From assembly GCA_965261135.1 (NCBI GenBank), contig OZ253443.1, forward strand, positions 1,424,521 to 1,488,520: a DNA stretch of 64,000 nucleotides. Reading direction: 5' to 3'. The notes beneath the pieces are model-generated. The model was given only the letters and a program-made list of their open reading frames with translations. It had not been told where the DNA came from and ran no database searches. This DNA is from Acidimicrobiia bacterium. GTDB lineage: Bacteria; Actinomycetota; Acidimicrobiia; Spongiisociales; ZC4RG35. A program made the position numbers and the translations under genes. Position 1 is the first letter of the stretch; the number at the start of each line of letters is the position of its first letter. Shown in pieces: positions 10,789-20,900 of the stretch.

Positions 10789-11939
10789 CGCTCCACCTTT
10801 CTCCAATGGGACTTCCACCCGGACCGCAAATCGTCCACCGTGTCGCCTCCGGCCACCCGCTGCGCCTCCTGGGCCAGGACCACCGCCACCATCTGCTCGG
10901 CAACCACCCCGGCCGCGGGGACCGCGCACACATCGGAGCGCTCCCGGAAGGCCTGCTCGGGCCTGCGGATGTCCACATCCACGGTCCGGAGGGGACGCAT
11001 CACCGTGGAGAGCGGCTTCATGGCGGCCCGCACCCGGAGTATCCCGCCCACCGTCATGCCGCCTTCGGTGCCCCCCGCCCGGTTGGTGGAGCGAAAATAT
11101 CCGTCGTTGTCCTCATAGAAAATCTCGTCATGGGCGGCGGTCCCCCGCCGGGCCGCCGAGCGGAACCCGTCTCCCACCTCCACCCCCTTGATGGCCTGGA
11201 TGGACATCAGCCCCTCGGCCAGCCGGGCGTCCAGGCGACGGTCCCAGTGCACGTGGCTTCCCAGCCCGGGCGGAAGGCCGTAGGCCAACACTTCCACCAC
11301 CCCGCCCAGGGTGTCGCGGTCCGCCTTGGCCGCCTCGATCACGGTGATCATCTCCGCCTCGGCCTCGGAGTGGAAGACTCGCACCGGCGACTGGTCGATG
11401 GTTTTCAGATCGGAGGGAAGAGGAAGGGGATGGCCGGGAGCCTCCACTCCGCCGATCGCCACCACATGGCTGAACACGTCCACGTCCAAGGCGGCCAGCA
11501 ATAGCTTGGAGAGATAGCCGGCCACCGTCCGGGCGGCGGTCTCGCGCGCCGACGCCCGCTCCAGGATGTTGCGGGCATCGTGGGTGTCGTATTTGATCAT
11601 CCCGGCTAGGTCGGCATGCCCGGGACGGGGAGAAGTCATCCTGCGCCGGGGCTCGTGTCCCGGGTCGGGGCTCATCTCCTTCTCCCACTTGGGCCACTCG
11701 GTGTTGCGAATGATCACCGCCACCGGACTTCCCAGCGTGTAACCGTGGCGCACCCCTCCCATCACCTCCAGGGTGTCCCTCTCAAGCTTCATCCGATTTC
11801 CCCGCCCGAACCCCAGCCGCCGCCGGGCCAATTCGGCCCCGAGGTCGTCTGCGCTGAAGGCCAGCCCGGACGGCAAGCCCTCGACCACGGTGACCAGGCC
11901 AGGCCCGTGGGATTCACCGGCAGTGAGAAAACGCAGCAT
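10782..11939 (-). CDS. aroC: Chorismate synthase
   Basis: N-terminus MLRFLTAGESHGPGLVTVVEGLPSGL plus an RPGHAD motif. Confidence 0.9.
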   Translation of the reverse strand: MLRFLTAGESHGPGLVTVVEGLPSGLAFSADDLGAELARRRLGFGRGNRMKLERDTLEVMGGVRHGYTLGSPVAVIIRNTEWPKWEKEMSPDPGHEPRRRMTSPRPGHADLAGMIKYDTHDARNILERASARETAARTVAGYLSKLLLAALDVDVFSHVVAIGGVEAPGHPLPLPSDLKTIDQSPVRVFHSEAEAEMITVIEAAKADRDTLGGVVEVLAYGLPPGLGSHVHWDRRLDARLAEGLMSIQAIKGVEVGDGFRSAARRGTAAHDEIFYEDNDGYFRSTNRAGGTEGGMTVGGILRVRAAMKPLSTVMRPLRTVDVDIRRPEQAFRERSDVCAVPAAGVVAEQMVAVVLAQEAQRVAGGDTVDDLRSGWKSHWRKVERF

Positions 11940-12307
11940 GCCAGGGATGCTACCCGTCAAGCCCTCTTTTCCGTGATCAGTTCCACCCACCCCGAGGGCT
12001 GATCACATCACCGCCGGGCAAGTGCGTGTCGCCTGTTTATCGCCAAGGGAACCGCCCAAGGAAATCCACCGGGGAGCCCGGCGTTGCCTCAGACGCTACA
12101 TCGCCCCATCAATCTGCCGACTCCTCGAAAACCCCCACCAAACACCAATTGGCAAATTAGCAACATCACACGTCCCCAAATGTCACAACTTGTTGGCGTT
12201 CGAGAGGCCTGGAGAATGGCCTGATCGGCCTCGGGGTCGCGAGGCCGGCCGGGCTTGGGGTCGCCTCGCCGCGGAATCTCTTTGGATCCTGTCATTGCTG
12301 GTTTCGG

Positions 12308-13885
12308 CTAGGCCTGTGGGGCGTCGGAAGCTTCGACTTCGCCTTCCGGGCTCTTCCATTCAGGAAGGTGACGCGCCGGCATGTACTTTGCGACCAACAC
12401 CGAGCCGACTACGGCCACACCGGCCCCTACGAGCACTGCGATGCCGAGAGCCTCGGTGAATGCCGTCTTTGCCGCGTCCGCCAATCCGCCGCCGACCTCG
12501 GCAGGCAATCTTGAGGCAATTTGGGATGCCGCACCCACCGAGTCGCTCGCGGCCTTCGCCGCAGCCGCCGGCAGCCCTGCCACCGCTTCGGTCATTCTGC
12601 CGCCGTACACCGTGTTGATGACAGAGCCGATCACGGCCACCCCGAAGGCCCCTGCCACCTGACGGGTGACGTCGTTCATCGCGGAGGCTACGCCGGCGTT
12701 GGCCTCGGGGACCGCCCCCATCACCGAATCGGTCGACGGCGCCATCACGTTGCCCATTCCGAAGGCGAGGACAAAGAAGGTCCCTCCGACGACCCAATAC
12801 CCGGTATCCGGTTGCCACAGGGCAATGGTGCCGAACGCTCCAGCCACGATTAAGAGACCCATCGCCACCGCTTTATGGGTGCCCAACTTACCGACCAGGC
12901 GATGGCTATTGCCCGCTCCAACCATCATGCCCAAGGCCACCGGCACCATCCTCAGGCCGGCTTCCAGTGGTGTGTAGCCCTGAACGAACTGGAGGAATTG
13001 GGTTAGACCGAATATCATGCCGAACAGGGCGAAAAACCCGATTGCGATCGCGCCCGCTCCCGCAGAGAATCGCGGGTTCTTGAAGAACGCCAAGTTGAGC
13101 ATTGGATGATCGGTCTTGATCTCCCAATAGCCGAACCCAGCAGCGAGGGCCGCACCACCCGCCAAGCCCGCTAATACGAGGCCGTCGGTCCAACCACGGG
13201 CCGGGGCTTCAATGATGGAGTACACCAAGATCGTTACGGCGGATATGGACAGAACCGCGCCAAGGATGTCCAACGACGCTGGATGAGGATCCCGGCTTTC
13301 GGGCACGAGAAGGATTCCGGCTAGGAGGGCGATTAGGACGATCGGAACGTTGACGAAGAACACCGAACCCCACCAGAAATGCTCCAGAAGGATGCCTCCG
13401 GTGACAGGGCCGAGACCGATGCCCAATCCGGCGACCGCGGCCCAAATACCGATGGCCTTGCCGCGCTCCTCCCTTGGAAACACATCGGTGAGGATCGACA
13501 GGGTGGACGGCATGATGAGCGCCCCGCCGATACCCATAATGGCCCGGGCGCTGATGAACTGTGCGCTCGAGGGCGCGTACGCCGCGTAGAAGCTCGCCAG
13601 GCCGAACACGATTAGTCCGAGCTGCAGCGCACGTCTGCGCCCGAACCGGTCGCCGAGCGAACCCATCGTCAGCAGCAGCCCGGCGAAGACGAGGATATAT
13701 GCGTCGACCATCCACTGAAGAGCGGTTGCGGTCGCGTCGAACTCTCGCTGGAGGGTGGGGATGGCGACGTTGAGAATGGTGTTGTCCAGGCCGATAATCA
13801 GGAGACTCATCGACAGGACGACCAGGATCCACCAACGCCTCCGGTAAATGGCTGACCGGGCCGAGGCTGAGCTTGAGTCCGTCAT
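12308..13885 (-). CDS. MFS transporter, DHA2 (EmrB/QacA-like) 14-TMS drug:H+ antiporter family
   Basis: Many hydrophobic segments and MFS motifs (GDRFGRRRALQLGL; LGPVTGGILLEHFWWGSVFFVNVP). Start taken at MTDSSS. Confidence 0.85.
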   Translation of the reverse strand: MTDSSSASARSAIYRRRWWILVVLSMSLLIIGLDNTILNVAIPTLQREFDATATALQWMVDAYILVFAGLLLTMGSLGDRFGRRRALQLGLIVFGLASFYAAYAPSSAQFISARAIMGIGGALIMPSTLSILTDVFPREERGKAIGIWAAVAGLGIGLGPVTGGILLEHFWWGSVFFVNVPIVLIALLAGILLVPESRDPHPASLDILGAVLSISAVTILVYSIIEAPARGWTDGLVLAGLAGGAALAAGFGYWEIKTDHPMLNLAFFKNPRFSAGAGAIAIGFFALFGMIFGLTQFLQFVQGYTPLEAGLRMVPVALGMMVGAGNSHRLVGKLGTHKAVAMGLLIVAGAFGTIALWQPDTGYWVVGGTFFVLAFGMGNVMAPSTDSVMGAVPEANAGVASAMNDVTRQVAGAFGVAVIGSVINTVYGGRMTEAVAGLPAAAAKAASDSVGAASQIASRLPAEVGGGLADAAKTAFTEALGIAVLVGAGVAVVGSVLVAKYMPARHLPEWKSPEGEVEASDAPQA

Positions 13886-13991
13886 GAAATGACCTCCTGG
13901 ATTGGTAACGCTACCACCAGGCACCGGCTACCACAGCGGGCGGCGAAGGGGATTGGGGTGGGATGCGATCAGAGCGTGGGGGAAAACTCTG

Positions 13992-15150
13992 TAGCCGGTT
14001 AGTGTTGGTTTTACCGACTTAGTGATAGTACATGATGTTTTGTCGCACCTCCCCTGGTACAATGATATGCATGAAAGAAAACACGACGAACCGCCAGTCG
14101 GGCAACCTGATCCGGGTGACTCTGCCGTCGTTGCCGGTAGGCGAGGCAACTGTGGAACAACTCCAGGAGCGGGTGCAGTCCACCATCCGCGCCGAGAACC
14201 AAACAGCCGCGGTCCGCGCCGAAGCAGTGGCGGAGTTGCGCCGTCGGGAAGGAACCGAGTTGGTGGAAAAGGTGCTGCGAGAAGACGGGTTGCTGTCCCG
14301 CCGCCGGGCCCGCTCGGAGGTGGAGACAGCTGCTGACCTTTCGGGGTTGCCGAAGACTTCGGAGGGTTTACGGAACGGCGAGATTTCTTATGAGAATGCG
14401 CGGATCATTGCCGGGGCCTCGAAACGGGGAGAGATAGACGAGGGCGAACTGGGGGACGCGGCCCGTACCCAGTCTCCGGATAAATTTGCGGGGACGGTCC
14501 GAAGGCATGAACAGCAACGCTCCCAGGATGACGGCATGTCCAGGCTGGAGCATCAGCGGTCCCGACGGTACGCCAAGGTCAGCACCGATCCCGACGACGG
14601 CATGACCGTCTTGTATGGTCGGTTCGATCCCATCACCGGAGCTCGGATCGAGACCGCGCTGTCCCGCAAAATGGACGAACTCTGGCGGGAAGAGGATCCC
14701 CGCAACCGGCGTACTGCGGGTCAGCGGATGGCCGACGCCCTTGCCTTGCTGGTTACCGAAGAAAGCAAAGATGAAGAAGGTCGGGTTCGTGGGCCCAGAT
14801 TGTTGTTGATCGCCGACTACGACGTGATCGACAAGGAACTGCGGAACGGTCGCCTCTCCGACGGAACTCCCATCCCCATCCAGAAGGTCCGGGACCTGGC
14901 GTGTGAGGCCGAGATACTCCCCGCCATCTTCCGCGGAGTGTCACAGCCCTTGGACCTGGGGAGATCACGGCGGATCGCCAGTGCGGCCCAGCGTATCGCC
15001 CTAATCGGCCGGGACAAAGCCTGCGTAGGATGCGGAGCATCGGCTAGCTGGTGCCAGGCCCACCACATCACGCCCTGGGCGGTGGGAGGCAAAACCAACC
15101 TGGACGACATGTGCCTCCTCTGTTCCCGCTGCCACCACGGGGTCCACGGA
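13992..15150 (+). repeat. Dispersed repeat copy 1 (REP13E12-like; ~70 bp leader plus DUF222/HNH gene), with its 3' end replaced after ~15150
   Basis: The nucleotide stretch 'ttagtgttggtttt...cttagtgata...' and the following gene recur at 57320-58600 in the same orientation. Confidence 0.8.
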
Positions 15151-15267
15151 GCGTCTCGATCTCCCGCTCCAGTTCTGGGAGAGTGGCGGCAGCGGTGGCC
15201 TGATCGATGGCCTCGCTTTCCAGTTGCTCCCGGTCCTCGTCGCCGTACTCGTCGAAATCGCCTGTGA
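14071..15267 (+). CDS. DUF222 + HNH endonuclease family protein (REP13E12-like), copy 1, with a divergent C-terminal tail
   Basis: Motifs GEATVEQLQERVQSTIR, RLLLIADYDV...LDLGRSRRIASAAQRIAL and the HNH core C..CGA...CQAHHI.PW....T.LDDMCLLCSRCHH. Highly similar to the ORF at 57391-58599 until ~15150. Confidence 0.8.
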   Translation: MKENTTNRQSGNLIRVTLPSLPVGEATVEQLQERVQSTIRAENQTAAVRAEAVAELRRREGTELVEKVLREDGLLSRRRARSEVETAADLSGLPKTSEGLRNGEISYENARIIAGASKRGEIDEGELGDAARTQSPDKFAGTVRRHEQQRSQDDGMSRLEHQRSRRYAKVSTDPDDGMTVLYGRFDPITGARIETALSRKMDELWREEDPRNRRTAGQRMADALALLVTEESKDEEGRVRGPRLLLIADYDVIDKELRNGRLSDGTPIPIQKVRDLACEAEILPAIFRGVSQPLDLGRSRRIASAAQRIALIGRDKACVGCGASASWCQAHHITPWAVGGKTNLDDMCLLCSRCHHGVHGASRSPAPVLGEWRQRWPDRWPRFPVAPGPRRRTRRNRL

Positions 15268-15362
15268 CACCACTCCCCTTCGTATATAGCCCCGCTTGTG
15301 TGAACCGGGTCGAAGACTCAAGCAGGTGGCGGCCGGAATAAGACAGCGGCGTAACCAGCAGG

Positions 15363-15747
15363 CTATTGGCCAACGGTTCTGTGTCGTTCCAACCAGGCGG
15401 CGGCTTCGTCCACGAACCTTCCGGCTTTGGCTATCGCCTCCACAGCAGCCTGATCGTTCCAGGAGTCCATGGTCCATATGTCGTAGTCCGCCTGCTCCCG
15501 GTCCTCTTTCAGTTCGTCCCATAGGACAGCCACTTCCGGGGGAAAGTCTGATTCGTGCACAGCGCGAAGGTGAAACCTGGCTCTTGCCCCCTTATGCGTC
15601 TTGGGGGCCTCTCGCTGCGTAAAAGACAGCATAGAAGGACATGGAAACGGCTCCACCGTAATTGCCGGTGGTGCGAGCATCATTGGCGTACCTCAGTTCG
15701 TCGGACGCCCTGGACAGGTGTAGTAGAGCTTCTTGGTCGGACGTCAC
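15363..15747 (-). pseudogene. HEPN-domain toxin, frameshifted; the N-part and C-part lie in different frames, switching within 15592-15683
   Basis: N-part (GTG start overlapping the MNT stop by 4 bp): ...GNYGGAVSMSFYAVFYAAR. C-part: ...REAPKTHKGARARFHLRAVHE...ADYDIWT..., carrying the HEPN R-x(4-6)-H and KTH signatures. Confidence 0.6.
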
Positions 15748-16010
15748 AGAACTCTGACCGCGTCTCGGCGGGCGCTCCGGTAGAACATGGTGTCCCAAGA
15801 TCGCATCTGCTCCTGGGTGGCCGCGTAGAGCGAAACCATGTTCTGGGTCAAGAACTCAAACCGCTCAATCAATTCCTCCCGCAGTTCAGGCAGAGCTCTC
15901 CACCGTCTGGGACGAGGGCCGTCCACCTCAGCCAACAGCATCAGCAGATCCAAGTCCGAGTCGGGCTGCCAGTCTCCCCTCGCTCTCGAACCGTACAACC
16001 ACACCTCCAC
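15744..16010 (-). CDS. Minimal nucleotidyltransferase (MNT), cognate partner of the HEPN protein
   Basis: 88 aa containing LYGSRARGDWQPDSDLDLLML, the GS-x9-DxD nucleotidyltransferase motif. Confidence 0.75.
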   Translation of the reverse strand: MEVWLYGSRARGDWQPDSDLDLLMLLAEVDGPRPRRWRALPELREELIERFEFLTQNMVSLYAATQEQMRSWDTMFYRSARRDAVRVL

Positions 16011-16282
16011 AAGTCGGTCCCCTTACATCTCTTTCGCGATGCGAGCAACACTCCGGGCCGCGGACAAATCATCCTCCGCGGACGGCTATGGGTCGGTTCC
16101 CTCCCGCAGAGGGTCTTCGGCGACGGTCGGCAGGGACATAGGCTCTCAGATTACCCCGCCACAGAGCCGGGGCGTGTGGGCCTTGCAACGTGGACCTCAC
16201 CGCGGCTGGTGCGGGTCAGTCGGACCCTCGATTGAACTAATCACGCTCCCACATCCAACCTTCGAAACGTCTCGAGTCCCTT

Positions 16283-17941
16283 TCACCAACCCTTTTGGTC
16301 CAGCATCTTCCTCAGGTTGCGCTTGGCCTTGTGCTCGGTGCGTACCCACTCAAGCAGGTCCGCGAAGCGATCCGGCGCGCCCGCCGCCACGGCCAGCCGA
16401 CCGATGCGGTCCATCAGATCGACCGCGGACCGATAAGCGGAGTTGTTCTTCCGGTCGATCCGCGATAGAACCTCCGGTTCGTAGGCCGTGATGGCGTCAA
16501 GCGGATGAGAAAGCTCTCGCGCCCGGGCCATCGCCAACCACATCCGACGTGGGCAGCCGAATTCGGTCGCCACTCTCCAAGCCTCATCCCTATGACCCTC
16601 GTAGAACAGTATCTCCACCAGCACCGTTGCGGCCTGGGGGGTGATTCCGCGCCCTGCCGCCTCCGTGTCGGCCTCATGTTCGGCGAGCCGGGCGCGGAGC
16701 TTCTCCATGCAGCGATGCGACCATCCCCCATCGACTCCTGATCCTTCGTCGGCCTCTTCCAGGAGACGCCGATAGGCCGACAACGAGGGGGCGGAGGTAA
16801 AAGCGTCCCAGAACATTTCGACCGCCGCGCCCAAGTCGCCTCGTTCGCGAAGCGCGCCAGAGAGGAACTCGCGCAGATCGGTCAACTGCCACGGGCGACC
16901 GACGTGTTCTCGAAGCCCGCGCCTTGCCCACGCGATCGCCTCGTCACCGCGGCCCGCGGCGTCGAGAGCCCGACAAATCTCCAAGAATTCGTCTGGGAGC
17001 ATCAAGCCCCGGCCATGCACTCTGATCAGAGCGTCGGGATCGCCGGTTCCGAGGGCCCAGCCCACCATGGCCTGGTGAACACCGAATACGCCGCTGGAAA
17101 AGTAATCATCGCCGTCCAAATTAACTCTCCTCCAGCGAGGCTCGATCAGGTCGTGGTAGGCGGCCAAGCCGGCTACACCGAGGACGTCGGCGTAAGTGGC
17201 CGCCGCTCGATTGGGGCCGATAAGTTCTGTAGACAGTTCCATGTCCAGAAGCCGCTTCGCAAGTTCCACCTGATCGGGGCGGCCCTGTACGCAGGCACGA
17301 TGATGCACCTCGATCAGCCGCAGCGAGATGTCGGTCAGCCACCCGGCCGAATCGTCCACGTAGTTGATAGCCGCGTCGGCCAAACGGTGAGCGTGCTCGG
17401 TCAGCGCCGCCGCGGCGGCGGGATGGCCGGCGTCACACAGATTCTCGAGGCCGTCGATTACTTCATCGACATCGGCCGCCCATCTACCTGCCTCTTGGTA
17501 GGAGATGAAGTCGCCCCAAGGCAAGAACGCGTCCTCTACGCATAGCCGCCAAGCCACCAGGTCGGGGGCGTCCCCCCGGCCGGCTCGGGCAGACGCCGCG
17601 GAAGACGGCCGCTTCCGCGCCGGTTCGAGCAAGGCCACCGGCGGCGCCATCGGATCCAGGGAAAGAGCCACAGCCACACAGTGCTTGCAGAAAGACCCGT
17701 CCTCGGCGGCGGGGCATGTGCATGACCACCCCGGTTCGTCGCCATCGGCCCACAACTTCACCACATAGGGCACCGTGCCCACCACCGTCACTTCGAGTTG
17801 TTGATCACCGCCCACCGAGGGGCCGATCCTCCCCTCGTAGTAGTAAGCCATGCCGCGTTTGTAGGAACGAGGACCGGCGAGATCCATAACCGTCGATGTG
17901 GTAAACACCTCGGCCAGATGATCCATACCATCCACGTCCAA
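16283..17941 (-). CDS. SWIM zinc-finger domain protein (552 aa) with a long helical C-terminal region
   Basis: N-terminal YYYEGRIG...PYVVKLWADGDEPGWSCTCPAAEDGSFCKHCVAVAL matches the SWIM CxCx(n)CxH finger; the remainder is Leu/Ala/Arg-rich and repeat-like. Confidence 0.75.
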   Translation of the reverse strand: MDVDGMDHLAEVFTTSTVMDLAGPRSYKRGMAYYYEGRIGPSVGGDQQLEVTVVGTVPYVVKLWADGDEPGWSCTCPAAEDGSFCKHCVAVALSLDPMAPPVALLEPARKRPSSAASARAGRGDAPDLVAWRLCVEDAFLPWGDFISYQEAGRWAADVDEVIDGLENLCDAGHPAAAAALTEHAHRLADAAINYVDDSAGWLTDISLRLIEVHHRACVQGRPDQVELAKRLLDMELSTELIGPNRAAATYADVLGVAGLAAYHDLIEPRWRRVNLDGDDYFSSGVFGVHQAMVGWALGTGDPDALIRVHGRGLMLPDEFLEICRALDAAGRGDEAIAWARRGLREHVGRPWQLTDLREFLSGALRERGDLGAAVEMFWDAFTSAPSLSAYRRLLEEADEGSGVDGGWSHRCMEKLRARLAEHEADTEAAGRGITPQAATVLVEILFYEGHRDEAWRVATEFGCPRRMWLAMARARELSHPLDAITAYEPEVLSRIDRKNNSAYRSAVDLMDRIGRLAVAAGAPDRFADLLEWVRTEHKAKRNLRKMLDQKGW

Positions 17942-17950
17942 GCGCGGCGG

Positions 17951-20900
17951 CTAGGCCACCACCGAATCGGCGCCCAGCAACTCCTCGAGTTCGGTGATCA
18001 TCCGCGGGTCTCCGCTCACTTTCGGTTTGGAGGTTACGATGTGGGCGCCGTCCTCGGTGATGTGAAAAACCACCTGCTTGACACCGGGATGGCGGCGCAG
18101 CACCTCACCCAGCTTTTGGGCATTGTCGCGCTCGCCCATGAAGCTCCTGCTCAATCTGATATCCAGGGACGGAGGGGCGGGTTGGAGCAACTCGAACCGG
18201 GTGGACACCAACTGCACGCCGTCCTCGCGCCTGTCAACCCTGCCCGAGATCACCACTATCTGATCCACCGCCAGTATCTCCTGATAACGCTTCACCGTCT
18301 GTGGGAAGACCACCACTTCCACCTCGCCGTCCAGGTCTTCCAGCATCAGCACCATCATCCGGTCGCCTTTGCGGGTCCACTTGCTCAGCGCCGAGACGAT
18401 CAGCCCCGCGATCTTCACCTTGGATTTGTCGGGATGGTTTTCCAAGTCGGAGGTCACCGCGTCGGAGGCCGCGTCGAGATCCCTGGCCATCTCCGCCAGG
18501 GGATGATCGGAGAGATACAGTCCCAGCATCTCCTTTTCGAAGCCGAGGCGCACTTGCTTGTCCCATTGATGGTCGGGGATCTCGGGCAGGGTGCGATCGG
18601 GCAGCCCGCCTCCGCCGAACAGGGAGAACTGCCCGGCGTCCTCGCGGCGGCGGCGGTCCACCACCGAATCGACAATCAACGGGAGAGTCTCGGTCAAACC
18701 CCGACGGGTGTGGCCCAGGCTGTCGAAACCTCCCCCCTTGACCAGCGACTCCAAGGTGTTGCGCCGCAGGGCGTCCACGGCCACCTTCTCACAGAAGTCC
18801 ACGAAGCTCTGGAATGACCCCTCCTTCTTGCGGGCTTCGATGATCTTTTCCGCGACCGACTCGCCCAGGTTTCGGATCGCCGAAAGCCCCACCCGGATGC
18901 TGCCCGACCGGACCTCGTAGTCCATTCCCGATTCGTTGACGTCGGGCACCTTGACCGAAAGGCCCATCCGCTGACATTCCTTCAGATAGAGAGCGGTGCG
19001 GTCCCGGTTGTTCTTCGACGAGGTGAGCAGGGCAGCCATGTACTCGGCCGGATGGTTCGCCTTGAGGTAGGCGGTCTGATAGGCCACCAGCCCATAGCAC
19101 GCCGAGTGCGACTTGTTGAAGCCATAGCCCGCGAAGTGGCTGATCAGCTCGAACAGATCCCGGCCGGTGGAGCGGTCGTGTCCCTGGGCCACGCAGCCCT
19201 CCACGAACTTCTCCTCCTCGGCATCCATAACCGCCTTGATCTTCTTTCCCATCGCTTTCCGGAGATTGTCGGCCTCCTCCATGGTGTAGCCGGCCATGGC
19301 GCGGGAGACCTCCATGACCTGTTCCTGATAGACCAGGATCTGATAGGTGGGATCCAACAGTTCCTTCAGCATGGGATGAAGAGGCGCCACCCGGGCGCGC
19401 CCGGTTTTGCGGTCGGCGTAGAGATTGTGCATATCCGCACCCATCGGACCTGGCCGATAAAGCGCCACCAGCGCCACCACGTCGTCGAAGCGATCCGGAC
19501 GCAGGCGTTGGATGAGGGTCCTCATCTGCTCGCCCTCCAGTTGGAACACGCCGATGGTCTCGGCCGCGGCAAGCAACCGGAAGGTCTCGGGGTCATCGAG
19601 GGGGACCCGGTCTATATCGGGCCGCTCCCCGGTGGCCTTCTCCACCATGTCCAGGGTCCGTTCGATGGTGGAGAGATTGCGCAGCCCCAGAAAATCCATC
19701 TTCAGGAGTCCCAGTTGCTCCACCGCCCCCATCTCGTATTGGGTGACGACCTCCGCCCCCTCGCCCTTCCTCTGGACGGGGACCAGTTCGGTCATCGGAA
19801 CCGGGGAGATGACCACCCCGGCGGCATGGATGGAATCCTGGCGGCGCAAGCCCTCCAGCCCCCGGGCGGCGTCGATCACCTTGCGAGCATCCGCGTCGAA
19901 GTCGTAGGCCTCGCGCAAGCCCGCCGCATTGACGTACCAGTCCCTGACTATGCCGTCACTGTCGGAAGCGGGCGGGTTGAGGCACTGGTTCAGCGAGGGT
20001 TCCTTGCCGAGGATGGCCGAGGGCATGAGCTTGGACAACTGGTCACCGACCCGGTATTCGTAGCCGTAGACGCGGGCCGCGTCCCGAATCGCCTGCTTGC
20101 CCTTGATGGTGGCGAAGGTGACGATCTGCGCCACATGGTCGGACCCGTACCGCTCTCGGACGTATTCGATGATCTCAGCCCGATACCGCTCGTCGAAGTC
20201 CATGTCGATGTCAGGCATCGCCGCCCGCCCGGGATTGAGAAACCGCTCGAAGATCAGCCCATATTCCAGCGGATCGATCTGGGTGATCTCCAGGCAGTAT
20301 GAGACCATGGACCCCGCCGCCGAGCCCCGCCCCGGGCCGGTGCGGACACCCCGCTCCCGCGCCTCGCGGATCAGGTCCCAGATGATCAAGAAGTAAGTCT
20401 CAAAGCCCATCTCCGCAATGACTCCCAACTCGTAGCGGATCCGCTCGGAAACCTCGGTGGGAATCTCTCCCCCATAGCGCTTCCGGGCCCCCTCCCACAC
20501 CAGTTCTTCCAGATAGGAGGTGTGGGTGTGGCCGGGCGGCGCCGGGAAGTCGGGCAGCAGGAGGCCCCCCGTCTTCATGCGCATGTCGACCCGCTCGGCC
20601 ACCAACAACGTGTTGTCACAGGCGCCCGGATACAGGTCCGCCGGGAAACGCTCCCGCATGTCGCGCGCCGACTTGATGTAGAACTCCTGGGAATCGAAGC
20701 GCAGTCTTTTTTCGTCGGCGAAATTCGAGCCGGTGTTGATGCACAGCAGCACATCGTGGGTCTCCGACTCATCAGGCTTGGTGTAGTGCGAATCGTTGGT
20801 GGCCAGAAGGGGCACACCCACTCGCTCCGAGACTTTCACCAGCTCGGGCAACAGGAGTCTCTGCTGTGCCAGGCCATGGTCCATGATCTCGATGAAGAAA

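Noticed and set aside
10789-10929. Gly-rich N-terminal extension of aroK, and the 64-aa N-terminal extension of aroB
   Set aside because: Both overlap the upstream genes of the operon and lack similarity to the respective families. Internal starts give canonical protein lengths.
14615-14650. 'ggttcgatcc' T-loop-like motif (also at ~57941) that could suggest a tRNA
   Set aside because: It lies inside the DUF222 genes, where it encodes GRFDPITG, in both copies. No acceptor/anticodon-stem context surrounds it. No tRNA-like structure was found in any intergenic region.
19052-20302. 416-aa + strand ORF
   Set aside because: Antisense to dnaE; a chance ORF in a GC-rich coding region.
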